NCBI GenBank assembly: GCA_918797485.1
Contig: CAKKNE010000004.1
Span: 2,728,001 to 2,792,000, forward strand
Source of the DNA: Pelagomonas calceolata
Taxonomy: Eukaryota
DNA: 64,000 nt
Direction of reading: 5' to 3'
This document shows, in pieces, positions 10,180 through 20,405 of the stretch. The notes under the pieces were generated by a model. It ran no database searches. It was not told the DNA's origin and saw nothing but the letters and a program-made list of their open reading frames with translations. A program made the position numbers and the translations under genes. Numbering within the stretch: the first letter of the stretch is position 1; every line of letters starts with the position of its first letter.

Positions 10180-10966
10180 CTCTTCCGGGGGCTCGGCGAC
10201 CGGCGGTTGTAAGCTTTCAGGAGATTTTCTTCAGCAGCCTCCATGCTGTGCCGCCCTGGCAATTTGGGCTGCTACGTGTGACCCGGAGACTGCACGTACC
10301 GCAGCACCACCGGACCGTGTGCGATTGGTGCCGGTTGAGCTCAATTCGAATGGCTGGCCCAGTAGAGCTTGGACCCGCACCCTCAATGAATTGGCTGCGC
10401 CGCCAAGAGAGGACGTGTCTGACAGTTCGATTTCCACTATAGGCGTACTCGGCGCTGCGCGGCTCGACTGCACCACTAACGCATACGGTCGCGCCGACGC
10501 CAACGGCTGCCAGGGCTCGAATAGTTCGTCGAGGCGAAGCCAGTGTATTGTCTCGTCGACGGCGTCGGCGGCGAGCGCGTCGGGCCTCGGGCGCCGCGTC
10601 GACGTCGTAGGCGTAATCAGCGCGGCTCGGCTCGACGGCGCTTCCACCAGTCGCACCAACTCCGGCGCAGAGTCCAGGGAGTCTTGGCGACTTGTACATC
10701 GCTCCGCTCCGGCGTTTTTCGCAAGCCAAAAAAAAGTTGCATCCTAACTAAGTTAGGTTACGTTTCACTTTAGCCTAACTACTTGTAGGCTAGTGGGATT
10801 ACGCTAGTCAAAATTGTACCGATCCAGCCACCCACTCGTACAGGAACAGCAGAGGACGCCTGCGGACCCCACGGATGGAAAAGAGGTCGCCAAAACGCGC
10901 AGTTCGGTTGTGGAGCGCCCGGCCTGATGCCAAGAGGCAGCTGCCCACGATGAAAGGCAGCCTCTG

Positions 10967-13900
10967 ATGGCGACTCCGAAGAAGAAAGGCCTATTTAGGC
11001 GCCTGCGGACGGCCCTGAGCATTAGCAAGGCCGCGCGGGTGGCCCCAGCAGTCGATCTAGCGGCACAGCTAGACACAGCAGGCGCCGAAGGCATCGACGC
11101 CGTGCGCCAATCCACTGACTTAGATGGAGAGGACGCCGCCGCAGTCAAGAGGTGGGCGCGGCGCCTCGCCCATCAAACAAGAAGGAAGGAGACAGTCGAC
11201 GAGGACGACGACGTCGTCGAAAGACTGCAGAGCTCGCCGACGCACTTCGGACGGTCGCTGTCGGAAGCGACGGACGACCTCGTGACCGTGTCGCCGGATC
11301 GTGAAACCCAATTACCGTCGAAGCGCTACGAGGTGCCCGACCTGCATCTAGGAAGGCTAGGCACACAGAAACCAGGACTGATGTCGCCGCTGCCGCGCTT
11401 CTCGGCGCGGTTGACGAATAGGACCGCGCGTGCTTCGGCGCGCACGCCGTCAGCTAGAGACGGGTCTACTTATCGACTTCAGACGGCGCGGCTGCGGGCC
11501 GAGGTGCATTCATCAGATCATTTCGCGGCCTTCGCGGCGCTTGAGAATGAGGAGGCGCCTTTATTGTGTTTGGAGGACGACCATTGGGTCCGGCGCGTTT
11601 GTGTGGCGCGTCTGTCGGATGAGTCGGTCGACGTCCTCCGGGCGACGTGTGCTGCTCTGTCAGGTAACGATGACGACGACGCGGCGTTTGCGTTCGAGGC
11701 GTTTTGTGCCGCAGTATCAAACCGCTCTTCTATCACGGAAGCGGTGGCTTTATCAAAGAGGTGCGGCTTCGACGTCCGCGACCGCGTGCAAGACGCCGAA
11801 GAAGGCGATAAAGCTTTGTTGTGCGCATTTTTGAAGGATGCGCAGGTCGCTTCGACAATCCTCAAGAAAGGCAAGGGACGGCGCTCGATGCATAGTTGCC
11901 GCGCGGCGCTCGAGCAAATTGAGCAAGTAGAAGACGAAGAAACGGCCCAGGCCGTCGTGCGGCACGTCGACGCCTGTTTGTATGATGAGGACCACACGGC
12001 CATCCAAGCGCTTTTATGCTTGCGAAGGCTCCTCGCGGGCGGTTCACCCGTCTTGATACGGTACGCGTTGAAGCCAAATAAATCATTACTAAGCTTCGCG
12101 TCCGAACGACTGGACCACGGTTCTTCCCAAGCAGCACATGTCGCTTTGAGGACGGCTACGTATGCCCTCGTGAGAGGTAGGGACGAGGACGTCCGGCACT
12201 GCGCATCGACGCTGGTGCCCCTGCACACGGAGGCCTTGAAAAGTAGCTTCGAGAGGTGCCACCTCGAGGCTTTATTGGTCGTCGCGGCGCGGTGCGACTT
12301 TACCGATGTAGTAGATGCGTTCCGGTACTGCGAGGTCCTCCCGCTGCTCGTGAAGCGATTGAATGCCTCGACGGAACGGTCGCAGCCCGAAAGTCCTCTC
12401 AAACCCATCGCCAAGTTCTCCGTGAATGATAGTGTATTGGCGCTCGGCGAGGCGAGGAACGGGAAAGAAAGGTGGTTCCGCGCTTGTGTGGAACGCGTCG
12501 GCACGCACTCCTACGACGTCCGGTTTGTATCTACTGGTAGTATCGAGAGTGTACCCAAGGAGAAAGTCAGAGCGCCTGGTACGAGGCGAGAGCCTTCGTT
12601 AGTCGTACCTCTGCAGCGGCCGAAACCGAGCCGCTCGCCTAGATTAACTTCGTTGGATGATGAGCCCTGGTGCCTCGACGTGGAGCCGCTTATCACTACC
12701 AAAAGATCGCATACGGATCTTAGCATAGATATCTCGGCGGCGCGGCGGTCCCACGACGGCGAGAGCGAATCCTTATCCTCGATCGTGGGGCACATCCCCC
12801 AGACGCCCAACAACGTACCATTGAGTAGTGTCCCCTCCATCATAGAAGATGATGCGACCCACGACCTCGTCCTCACCCTACTGCTTGTACTGAGTGTGGG
12901 CCGGGCGTCGGACGGCGGCGAGCTCGAGCCGGCCTTCTGCACGTCGACGCCACTCATGGAGACGGGGACCACACTGACCTTGAAAAGATCCTCGTCGAAT
13001 TTATCAGCCACGGCCCTGCAGATGCTGAAACCCTCGGAGGGTAACGCCACCGGCCGAAGGACATTAACGGCCCGCTCGTTGTCGGCTCGCTCAGCTCTAT
13101 TATCTGCTCGAAGTACACCAGACGATTTGTCTGCGTCAATCAGGTCGGGCAAGGGTTTGCTGGATGTCGGTACTGAAGGTGACTCTCTACGCTTCCACGT
13201 GCTCGACTGTCTCCACCAGCACCTCAACGATCCCAAACGTTCACAACATGTCGACAGGGTGCTTCCTTCCGTTGTCCGTAGGTTGGAGGCCTGGGGCGCG
13301 GCCATGGCGTCGCCTGGTCGGAGTCATGGCGCGTCGCGATTGTTGCGTCTGTTGCACGAGCGCGCGACGCCAACTATACGGAAGGCGCTGGTGGCCGAGC
13401 AGCGCGGCGCGTTCATCGGGCGGGGGCGTTTTGGTGGGGTCGTCGGCGTCGACGATGGCACGTGTGCGAAAATATTGCGGCGAGAACGGTCGAACCGCGA
13501 TCGAAGCGTGTGTCACGCGGTGTACGGCGAGGTCTCCGCTTTGTGGCTACTCAAGGGCACTGGTAGTGCCCCGGAATTGCTGGACTTTGGGTTGTCGCGG
13601 GACTGCTATGTTTTAGTTATGGAGCGGTGCTCTGATACATTGCTGAATTGGCGCTTTGATAAGGTGCTAAATGATGGTCTGGTGACGGACGTAGCTAGAC
13701 TCTTCTCCAAGTGTTGTAGAGCCGTCGAGGCGATGCACATGAAACGTATCCTACACCTCGATATTAAATCAGACAACGTCTTGCTGAGGAACGATGATAG
13801 TGTGTGCCTCGGCGACTTCGGCGAAGCTAGGGCATTAGGCGAGCGCGACGGCGTCCGACTATCGAAAGCCCACGGCACGGAGTGCGTGCAAGCGCCCGAA

Positions 13901-14224
13901 GTCTTGTCGGGTGTCCAGCAGGGCTTCGACGCCTCCGCCAAAGTAACTACAAAGGCCGACTGCTGGGCCCTCGGGTGCTTGTGGTATGAGCTGTTAACTG
14001 GAAACAAGTTGTTCGAGGAGATGGCTTGTAACGACTGGCCGCGCTTTTTTGTTTTACTGACGGGGGACGGCGAGCTGCCCCCGGCCGACCTCATGGGGCC
14101 CTTGTCTCATTTGGCTCAATATGAAGCGATCCTGGGTGTCTTTCGCCATGCATTTGTGAGAGACGCGTCGAAGCGGGCGACCGCGCGCGAGCTCGCGGAC
14201 TTGGCCGATACATGTGCATCTTAG
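10967..14224 (+). CDS. Ser/Thr protein kinase with a C-terminal kinase domain and a Tudor-like region
   Basis: GRGRFG, CAKIL, HLDIKSDN, DFG, APE and DCWALG motifs; FSVNDSVLAL...WFRACV...YDVRF. Confidence 0.88.
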   Translation: MATPKKKGLFRRLRTALSISKAARVAPAVDLAAQLDTAGAEGIDAVRQSTDLDGEDAAAVKRWARRLAHQTRRKETVDEDDDVVERLQSSPTHFGRSLSEATDDLVTVSPDRETQLPSKRYEVPDLHLGRLGTQKPGLMSPLPRFSARLTNRTARASARTPSARDGSTYRLQTARLRAEVHSSDHFAAFAALENEEAPLLCLEDDHWVRRVCVARLSDESVDVLRATCAALSGNDDDDAAFAFEAFCAAVSNRSSITEAVALSKRCGFDVRDRVQDAEEGDKALLCAFLKDAQVASTILKKGKGRRSMHSCRAALEQIEQVEDEETAQAVVRHVDACLYDEDHTAIQALLCLRRLLAGGSPVLIRYALKPNKSLLSFASERLDHGSSQAAHVALRTATYALVRGRDEDVRHCASTLVPLHTEALKSSFERCHLEALLVVAARCDFTDVVDAFRYCEVLPLLVKRLNASTERSQPESPLKPIAKFSVNDSVLALGEARNGKERWFRACVERVGTHSYDVRFVSTGSIESVPKEKVRAPGTRREPSLVVPLQRPKPSRSPRLTSLDDEPWCLDVEPLITTKRSHTDLSIDISAARRSHDGESESLSSIVGHIPQTPNNVPLSSVPSIIEDDATHDLVLTLLLVLSVGRASDGGELEPAFCTSTPLMETGTTLTLKRSSSNLSATALQMLKPSEGNATGRRTLTARSLSARSALLSARSTPDDLSASIRSGKGLLDVGTEGDSLRFHVLDCLHQHLNDPKRSQHVDRVLPSVVRRLEAWGAAMASPGRSHGASRLLRLLHERATPTIRKALVAEQRGAFIGRGRFGGVVGVDDGTCAKILRRERSNRDRSVCHAVYGEVSALWLLKGTGSAPELLDFGLSRDCYVLVMERCSDTLLNWRFDKVLNDGLVTDVARLFSKCCRAVEAMHMKRILHLDIKSDNVLLRNDDSVCLGDFGEARALGERDGVRLSKAHGTECVQAPEVLSGVQQGFDASAKVTTKADCWALGCLWYELLTGNKLFEEMACNDWPRFFVLLTGDGELPPADLMGPLSHLAQYEAILGVFRHAFVRDASKRATARELADLADTCAS

Positions 14225-14301
14225 CGTGCGCGGCGCCCACGCGCGGCGGCGCTCGGCCCGTCGCGCAGAGCGCCTTCGGGATATGTTATGTGTAATTAAT
14301 A

Positions 14302-15426
14302 CTACTTAACTTCGACCCAGGCCCCCTTCTTCGCTCCGCTCTCTTGTAGAGCGTCCATGATGCGATGCGCCGTGAGCATCGCGACGTCGTAGTAAGCGGT
14401 GCGGTTTCTTTGGACCACCAGTGCCGCAAAGGCGTCCCACATCGCTACCTCCTGTGCGCAGTCCAAAACTGGCACCGTCGTCTTGACGCCCCGCACGACC
14501 GTGTCGTAGTGCGAGAGCTGCGGCCGCTCGGGAACGTCCTCTATGACATAATCGCATACCTCCTCTCTTCTCGGAATCACGAAGTCATCCATGCGTATGA
14601 TGCGGCCGTCACTACTGGTAGCCTCCACCGTTTGGCGCAGGTGATGGTGGAACGAGCAGTGGAACGTCAGGAGCCGCGGGCTGAGCACAGTACTCTCCGG
14701 GTCGCCTCGTGAGAAGGAGACGTCGCAGTCCATGTCCGTAGGCACTCCGCCGTCCGTCGCTTCCCAGACGCGCGCCCGCACATATGCGGGCTTGTCTCCA
14801 AACGCGGACAGGCCGAACCGGATACAATACCAGCCGACATCCCCTAAACAGCCCAGGGGATCCATGCCGTTCGTCCGGATATTGCCGCCGGCTAAAAAGT
14901 CAATCGGAGCCGCGAAAGTGAAGGCGCTCGTGACCCGTTTCGGCTGCCACGTCGTGTCGGCGAAGAGCCTATCAATTTGTTTGGAACGCTTGTGGTGTAC
15001 AAGCATCGTGCCGTCCATGAACGCGACGCCGTTTGTGCGGCAAGCAGTGATCATCTCCTGCACTTCATTCGCGTCCACACCGACTGGCTTTTCGACGAGG
15101 ACGTGTTTGCCGGCCGCTGCCGCTTTCAGAACCCACTCCTTGTGCAGTTTTGTTGGCAGCGGGATGTATACCGCATCAATGCCTTTGTCCGCGAGGAGCG
15201 CGTCGTAGCCTTGGATCCGACGCACCGATCGGTCCAGCTTCAGCTCGTCGCAGAAAGCATCCGCCTTTGGCAGCTCGCGCGACGCGACTGCGACTAGCGT
15301 GCAGCGTTCACTCCTGATAATGGCTCTGGCATTTTTGCGTGCGATGCTCGCACAGCCCATTATGCCAATGCGCACTGTGTACGGTGAGATCGCGAGAGCC
15401 GCCATTGATGCATCGAGAGCAGCCAT
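14302..15426 (-). CDS. Gfo/Idh/MocA family oxidoreductase
   Basis: IGIMGCASIA, IDAVYIPLP, GKHVLVEKP, GCLGDVGWY. Confidence 0.92.
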   Translation of the reverse strand: MAALDASMAALAISPYTVRIGIMGCASIARKNARAIIRSERCTLVAVASRELPKADAFCDELKLDRSVRRIQGYDALLADKGIDAVYIPLPTKLHKEWVLKAAAAGKHVLVEKPVGVDANEVQEMITACRTNGVAFMDGTMLVHHKRSKQIDRLFADTTWQPKRVTSAFTFAAPIDFLAGGNIRTNGMDPLGCLGDVGWYCIRFGLSAFGDKPAYVRARVWEATDGGVPTDMDCDVSFSRGDPESTVLSPRLLTFHCSFHHHLRQTVEATSSDGRIIRMDDFVIPRREEVCDYVIEDVPERPQLSHYDTVVRGVKTTVPVLDCAQEVAMWDAFAALVVQRNRTAYYDVAMLTAHRIMDALQESGAKKGAWVEVK

Positions 15427-15839
15427 CTTTTTTGACAGGACAGGAGGCCGAACGCGTCGCGATTTCGGTGCAGGCGACCCAAACGGATGTGGGTTGACTC
15501 TTGTTGCTCAGCACGCGCAACGAGTGTGGTTTTTGCACGCCTCGGGCCAAAAAAAGCTGCAGCCTGCTAGTGTCTTACAAGACGCTAGCTCGAGCCGCCG
15601 GCGCCTCCTTGGCAAAAACACAGCAAGGACTGGCTTTGTGCACATCTGCGATTCATAAACTAACCTGCCAAGCATCTGTCACCATTGGTTCGAGCAAAAA
15701 AGCAGCAGGGCCGCCGGCGTGGTGGTGGTCCGGCCTAGCCCTCAGCGCAGCGGTCGCGTGCGGCAGCGAGAAATTTGCGAGGACACCACTCTTGTTGTAT
15801 ATCGGCGCCAGCGTCGCTGTTGTCGCATCGCGAAGACTC

Positions 15840-16999
15840 ATGGCGCCGAACAAGCGCCCGCCGACGGCCGCCGAAACGCAGACGCTCGACGCGATCCGTG
15901 CTGATCTGAAAACGCCCTTCGACGAAGCGACGCATGGCGACTTGCTGAAGCGGCTCTGGAAGGCAGGCCTCGACGGGCCCTTCGAACGACGTTCACAGAA
16001 GTGGCAGCTCCTCGGCTTTCAAGGGGCCGATCCTACAACTGATCTAAGGGCGTGCAAGCTGCTGGGCCTCAAGACCCTGGTGACGTTTTTGGAAACGTCG
16101 CCGCGCCACGCCGAGGCCATTCTTGAGAGTCGGCGCATAACAGGAGACTTCGACCCTAGAAAACCGGGCTTCTATCCGGTGGCCTGTGCTGGCATCGAAG
16201 TCACGGCCTTCCTCTGCGAGCTTTGTGGATTGCGGGGCCCGAACGGGGCGCCGCCGCCGGCGGAGCTCCCTCCCTCAAATCGATGGGCTGCTTTGGTGGG
16301 CACGCGGACGTCCTTTGACGAGTGCTTTGCCGCGGTCCTGCGGGCGTTGGACCGGCGCTTTGATGATGAACGGGGCGACTACATGGGCTTCGCGTCCGTA
16401 CGGGACGCCGTGTTCGCGGACGTGCGGGAGGCTCTGGACCGCGGCGAGTCCACGGTCGAGCGGTCGCTAAAGCTCGCGCCGGGCGCCTGGGGCGCGACGA
16501 AGCCCGATTATGCAGGCTACTTGGACAAGCTCCCCGCGTCGTCGCCGACTGTGTGGAAATCGACCAGTGAGTTAAGTTATCGACCCTCCACGCCATCGAG
16601 CCGACGCGTCACGGCGACGACGTCGCGTCGATGGCGTGGGGGGCCGAAATTTGATTTCCACGCAGGTCGCGCGCGAAGCGCCTCGTCGCCGCGTGGCAGC
16701 GGCGCTACTTCGTGCTGCGCGGCGCGGTCATCGGGGTGCTGAAGTGCGATTCTTCAACGCGCGCGGAGGCATGTGGCGAGCTGCGAAGTTTGTATAGGCT
16801 CACCGCGGCGTCCGTCGTGTCCGTCCGGCGCGACCGGTTGGTCGTCGAGAACCTGGAGCGCGACGGCCGGTCGAAGCTCAAGCTTGTGGTACGAGGAGAC
16901 GATCTCGAAAAGTGGGCCGCGGCGCTCGAGCGCGCGGTGCCCCAGAACTTCTCGGACTCCGGTGATGAGAGCCCTGTTGTAGACTTGGATACATCCTAA
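15840..16999 (+). CDS. ELMO/CED-12 domain plus PH domain protein; introner intron 16541..16665 (start uncertain)
   Basis: WQLLGFQGADPTTDLR and YPVACAGIEVT (ELMO). Splicing gives the PH motif YAGYLDKLPAS|SRAKRLVAAWQRRYFVL...EKWAAALE. Confidence 0.85.
16549..16665. mobile_element. Introner element, 117 bp, same family as 2326..2512
   Basis: CTGTGTGGAAATC...GATTTCCACGCAG; degenerate TSD GTCGCCGA / GTCGCGCG; internal hairpin CCACGCCATCGA...TCGATGGCGTGG. Confidence 0.9.
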
Positions 17000-17967
17000 C
17001 TAACCTTATTCAGCTCCACGTGGAGCCCCTGGATGCGCTCCCGGACGCGCTCCACATCCCTATTCAACGCCTTGCGCGCGTCGCGGCAGGCCGACCGCTC
17101 CTCTTCATCGTCAATGTCCGCCGTCACGACGCCGTCGACGCCCGCGAACTGCAGCCGATCCAACCGCCCGTTGAGCTGCGCCACGCTCGCCCTAGCCGTC
17201 GCCCGCCACTGGTCGTCGGGGTCGTCGGCTAAACCGGCCGCGAGCACGGCCACGGCCGGCCCGATGTCGTCGTCAAGCGTCGCGCGCAGTTCCCTTAGTT
17301 TGGACCTAGGCGACGCTGGCGCCTTCTTCGGTTCCGGCGTCCTCGATGGACTCCTGTCGTCGCGGGGCGGCGTCGGCGCCTTCCGCGTCGGCTTTTCGCG
17401 AGGCGGAGAGAAGTGGTCGTCTTTGATTTGAGATCGAGCGAATTTCAGGGCTTCCGCGGCAGGATCGCCCTTCGCTCGCGCCTCGTCGATGGCCCTTCTA
17501 AATTGGTCGCGCCGCGTCGACGTCGGGAACTTCAGGGCCAACGACTGGGGCTTCGCGTCTTTGGCGAGCAAGTCCGCGACCCTCGAAAGTTCTAAAACCG
17601 CGTCCCACGTGTCTCCACTTTCTTTCACATCACAATCACCAGCAAACGCGTACCTATTCGTCGGCGTGTCCTCCCAGCACGTGCCGGCGGCGTCGTCTTC
17701 AAAACGGACGACGTGCGACCGGTCCACATCCACCGCATACGTGCCCGGCGTCCAGCGCCGCCCGAAGAGGAACGACTTGCCTAGAGCAGCCTTGCACACG
17801 CCGCGCGCGCGGTAGTTTACGATCGGTTTCGCATCATCTACATCGTCGAGCGACGCCGTGCGGTCGCGTTTGGGGCTCGTGGCTGTTTTTGCCTCAGTTG
17901 GTGTCTGGGCCTCTTTGTATTGTGCCGCAGCGGCTGCGGCGTGCTCGGCCGACTCCTTGGCGTCCAT
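16996..17967 (-). CDS. Protein with a C-terminal BAG-like domain and a possible PH-like N-terminal region
   Basis: LDRLQFAGVDGV...CRDARKALNRDVE resembles BAG helices; ATG at 17967 (MDAKES). Confidence 0.6.
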   Translation of the reverse strand: MDAKESAEHAAAAAAQYKEAQTPTEAKTATSPKRDRTASLDDVDDAKPIVNYRARGVCKAALGKSFLFGRRWTPGTYAVDVDRSHVVRFEDDAAGTCWEDTPTNRYAFAGDCDVKESGDTWDAVLELSRVADLLAKDAKPQSLALKFPTSTRRDQFRRAIDEARAKGDPAAEALKFARSQIKDDHFSPPREKPTRKAPTPPRDDRSPSRTPEPKKAPASPRSKLRELRATLDDDIGPAVAVLAAGLADDPDDQWRATARASVAQLNGRLDRLQFAGVDGVVTADIDDEEERSACRDARKALNRDVERVRERIQGLHVELNKVS

Positions 17968-18378
17968 CGCTTTGCTCGGACCGCTTTCCGAGAGCGGTCG
18001 GCGGCAGGCTGACCACTGCACTGCTGCTGAACGATTCGTGAGCGCGCAGCACGCCCTCTAAGCGTAGCGAGTGGGACACAACGACAAATGTGCTTATACA
18101 ACCACGTGAAACCGCTGTGGGTCCCTCGATGCCGCGATCGACGTCGATTCGACTGCGTTGCTGGTTTTGGCTAGTGTGTTACATGCCGCTAGGGTGCAAG
18201 CGGTGCGCGGTCGACAATTGGCAGCTTTACACGGCACCCAGAGACCGCTCGGCGGATATTCCGGCCTTGTGCAGTGCCCGACGTATACATGAACAGCGCC
18301 GCGCCGCGTGCGAGCCCAACTGAGTCGCGTTTTGAATATGCGTAAAGGCACGGGTGTGTCAGTAGGAACCGAAACACG

Positions 18379-20349
18379 ATGGCCGAGTCCTTCCCGGCCT
18401 TCCTGCGCAGCCTCGAGAAATCAATAGAGCCGCTCGAAAGCATAGCGGGCGTCGCGCCGCCCTTCCGCGACGACGACGACGTCGAGCCGACGACCGCCTC
18501 TGATTTAGCCTTCGTCCTGCGCGATCTCCGTAGAGCAGCCGCCGGCGCGCGGGCGCTGATCACGTCCACGAACCTGCCCGAGTCGTCGGACGACGAGGGC
18601 ACGCAGATAATTGAGAGAACGCAGCTCGACGACGCCGCGCCCACCGTGCCCTACGCGTCGCAGCCATCGAATGAGGAGACGCAGACGCAGCGAGACCCCC
18701 CGCCGATCATTGACGGTGTCCGAGTGGGTGCCAAGGTCAAAAAGTATTTTCAGCGCGAGGGGACCTGTCGAGGCACCGTCAAATCTCTAGAACGAGTGGT
18801 GATCGACTGGGACGACGGTACACAAGTTGATTACAGTAGAAGTGAGGTGTCGCGGATGCTCGTGGCGGATCGAGCCATCGTACCGTTTGAGGGCGACCAT
18901 CCTAGAGGTGGACGGAGAAAGAGAGGTGCCGCGCGGCGGACGTCGGCGTCGGCGGAGCTGGGGCGAGGTCGGCGCCCGAAGAGCGGGCCTCAACGGTTCG
19001 CGGAATTGGTGGATGGCGGCAAGACCTACAAGGCCGAGTCGCCTGCGAAGAATCCAGCTCCTACGAAGACGTGCCCCGCGTGCGCTACACGCGTGCACGC
19101 GAGGAAGGCCAAGTGCGACTGCGGCCACGTGTTTGGTTCTAAGAGTGAGCCGGCACCGCCGCCTTCCACAGCGCCGCCTTCCACAGAATTACCACCTTTA
19201 GCGGAAGACGTCACGTCGCTCATCGCACGAGACGCTCCGATTAAGAGGACGAAGAAACACCGCGCGCCGCGCTACGAGCGCTACACGACGGCGACGTCGG
19301 CGCAGGAATATTTGAGGATGGGCGGGCAGCGGAAGGACCTGAAGTACGACATTGATAGTGGGTTCATTGAGGTTACCGATCGGGGACCACGAGTAGAAGA
19401 GTCGTCGAGTGACGACGAACCGGAGTACCCGAACAAACCGCGGGACCCGAACGGTTTGGCATCATTACCTTCCGTCGGCGAGGCCGCGTCGATGGTCGAC
19501 ATGGAACCCGTCCAGAGCCGCACTCTAGATGCGGAGTCGAAGCAACGGGCGCTCTGGCCCTTCAAGCCGCCGAATCCCGGCCGAAAATGGGAGAACTCTT
19601 GTTCGACATCTACCGGTCAATACCAGGACACGCAGTACGACGAGCAGCCGAAGCGCCACGACAAGCGGCGCTACGCGCGGCTGGCGCCGCGCGAGTCCCT
19701 TTCACCAGTACCGGAACGGTCTTCTTCGCCGGAGGCGCCCAACACGCCGGCGTCGTCGCCGAGACGCGAAGATGAGGACGCCGGTCCCACGGGCGAAGTT
19801 AAAAGAAAAGCGGAATGGGTCGGCAACTCCCTCGACTTGACCCTGGAAGACTCGCAGGACGACTCGCCGCCTGAGTCAAAGGACGAGACGCGGCTCAGCG
19901 AGGCGTCGCGGTCCAAGGGACGAGACTCGACCGCCGTGGACGAGGAGTGGGACGACACGCAGCCGCCCGAGCGGCCGCCCGCGGAGGTCCCCTACGCCGT
20001 CCCGCCCGTGCGGCAGAGCTACACGGGCTCGTCTCCGGAGGAACCCGAGCAGCGGCCGACGCGGCGCCACCTCGTGCAGCCGCGGGGCGACGAGACCGAC
20101 GACGGCGAGGACGACGACGAGGACGCGCCGCCGTCGAAGCGGCGCCGCGCGGCCGACGACGCGGAGGCGCCGCAGCGCGTCGTCGAGCTCTGCGCGGCCA
20201 TGGGTTTAGCAGTTTCGCGCAGCCAGGCCGCGAAGGCGCTGACGCGCGGCGACGTGGCCCACGCCGTGAGCATGCTCGTCGAGTCGGAGACGCGCGGGGT
20301 GGCGGCGTCGCGGCCGCGGAGCCGCGCCGGGAGCCCGCGCCCGCAATGA
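18379..20349 (+). CDS. Hypothetical, largely disordered protein with a zinc ribbon and UBA-like C-terminus
   Basis: KTCPACATRVHARKAKCDCGHVF; LCAAMGLAVSRSQAAKALTRGDVAHAVSML. Confidence 0.65.
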   Translation: MAESFPAFLRSLEKSIEPLESIAGVAPPFRDDDDVEPTTASDLAFVLRDLRRAAAGARALITSTNLPESSDDEGTQIIERTQLDDAAPTVPYASQPSNEETQTQRDPPPIIDGVRVGAKVKKYFQREGTCRGTVKSLERVVIDWDDGTQVDYSRSEVSRMLVADRAIVPFEGDHPRGGRRKRGAARRTSASAELGRGRRPKSGPQRFAELVDGGKTYKAESPAKNPAPTKTCPACATRVHARKAKCDCGHVFGSKSEPAPPPSTAPPSTELPPLAEDVTSLIARDAPIKRTKKHRAPRYERYTTATSAQEYLRMGGQRKDLKYDIDSGFIEVTDRGPRVEESSSDDEPEYPNKPRDPNGLASLPSVGEAASMVDMEPVQSRTLDAESKQRALWPFKPPNPGRKWENSCSTSTGQYQDTQYDEQPKRHDKRRYARLAPRESLSPVPERSSSPEAPNTPASSPRREDEDAGPTGEVKRKAEWVGNSLDLTLEDSQDDSPPESKDETRLSEASRSKGRDSTAVDEEWDDTQPPERPPAEVPYAVPPVRQSYTGSSPEEPEQRPTRRHLVQPRGDETDDGEDDDEDAPPSKRRRAADDAEAPQRVVELCAAMGLAVSRSQAAKALTRGDVAHAVSMLVESETRGVAASRPRSRAGSPRPQ

Positions 20350-20405
20350 CACTGTGCCTAATGCTTCGAGAACACTTGGGTCTTAGTTTCGAGACAGGGG
20401 GTGGA

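Noticed and set aside
10217..10729. ORF with an imperfect AVEPxxAxYAY repeat upstream of HSF
   Set aside because: Only two short diverged copies and no homology support.
10771..10808. Hairpin followed by CTAG, resembling a Helitron 3' end
   Set aside because: The hairpin is short and AT-rich; no matching 5' end or Rep/Hel sequence is seen.
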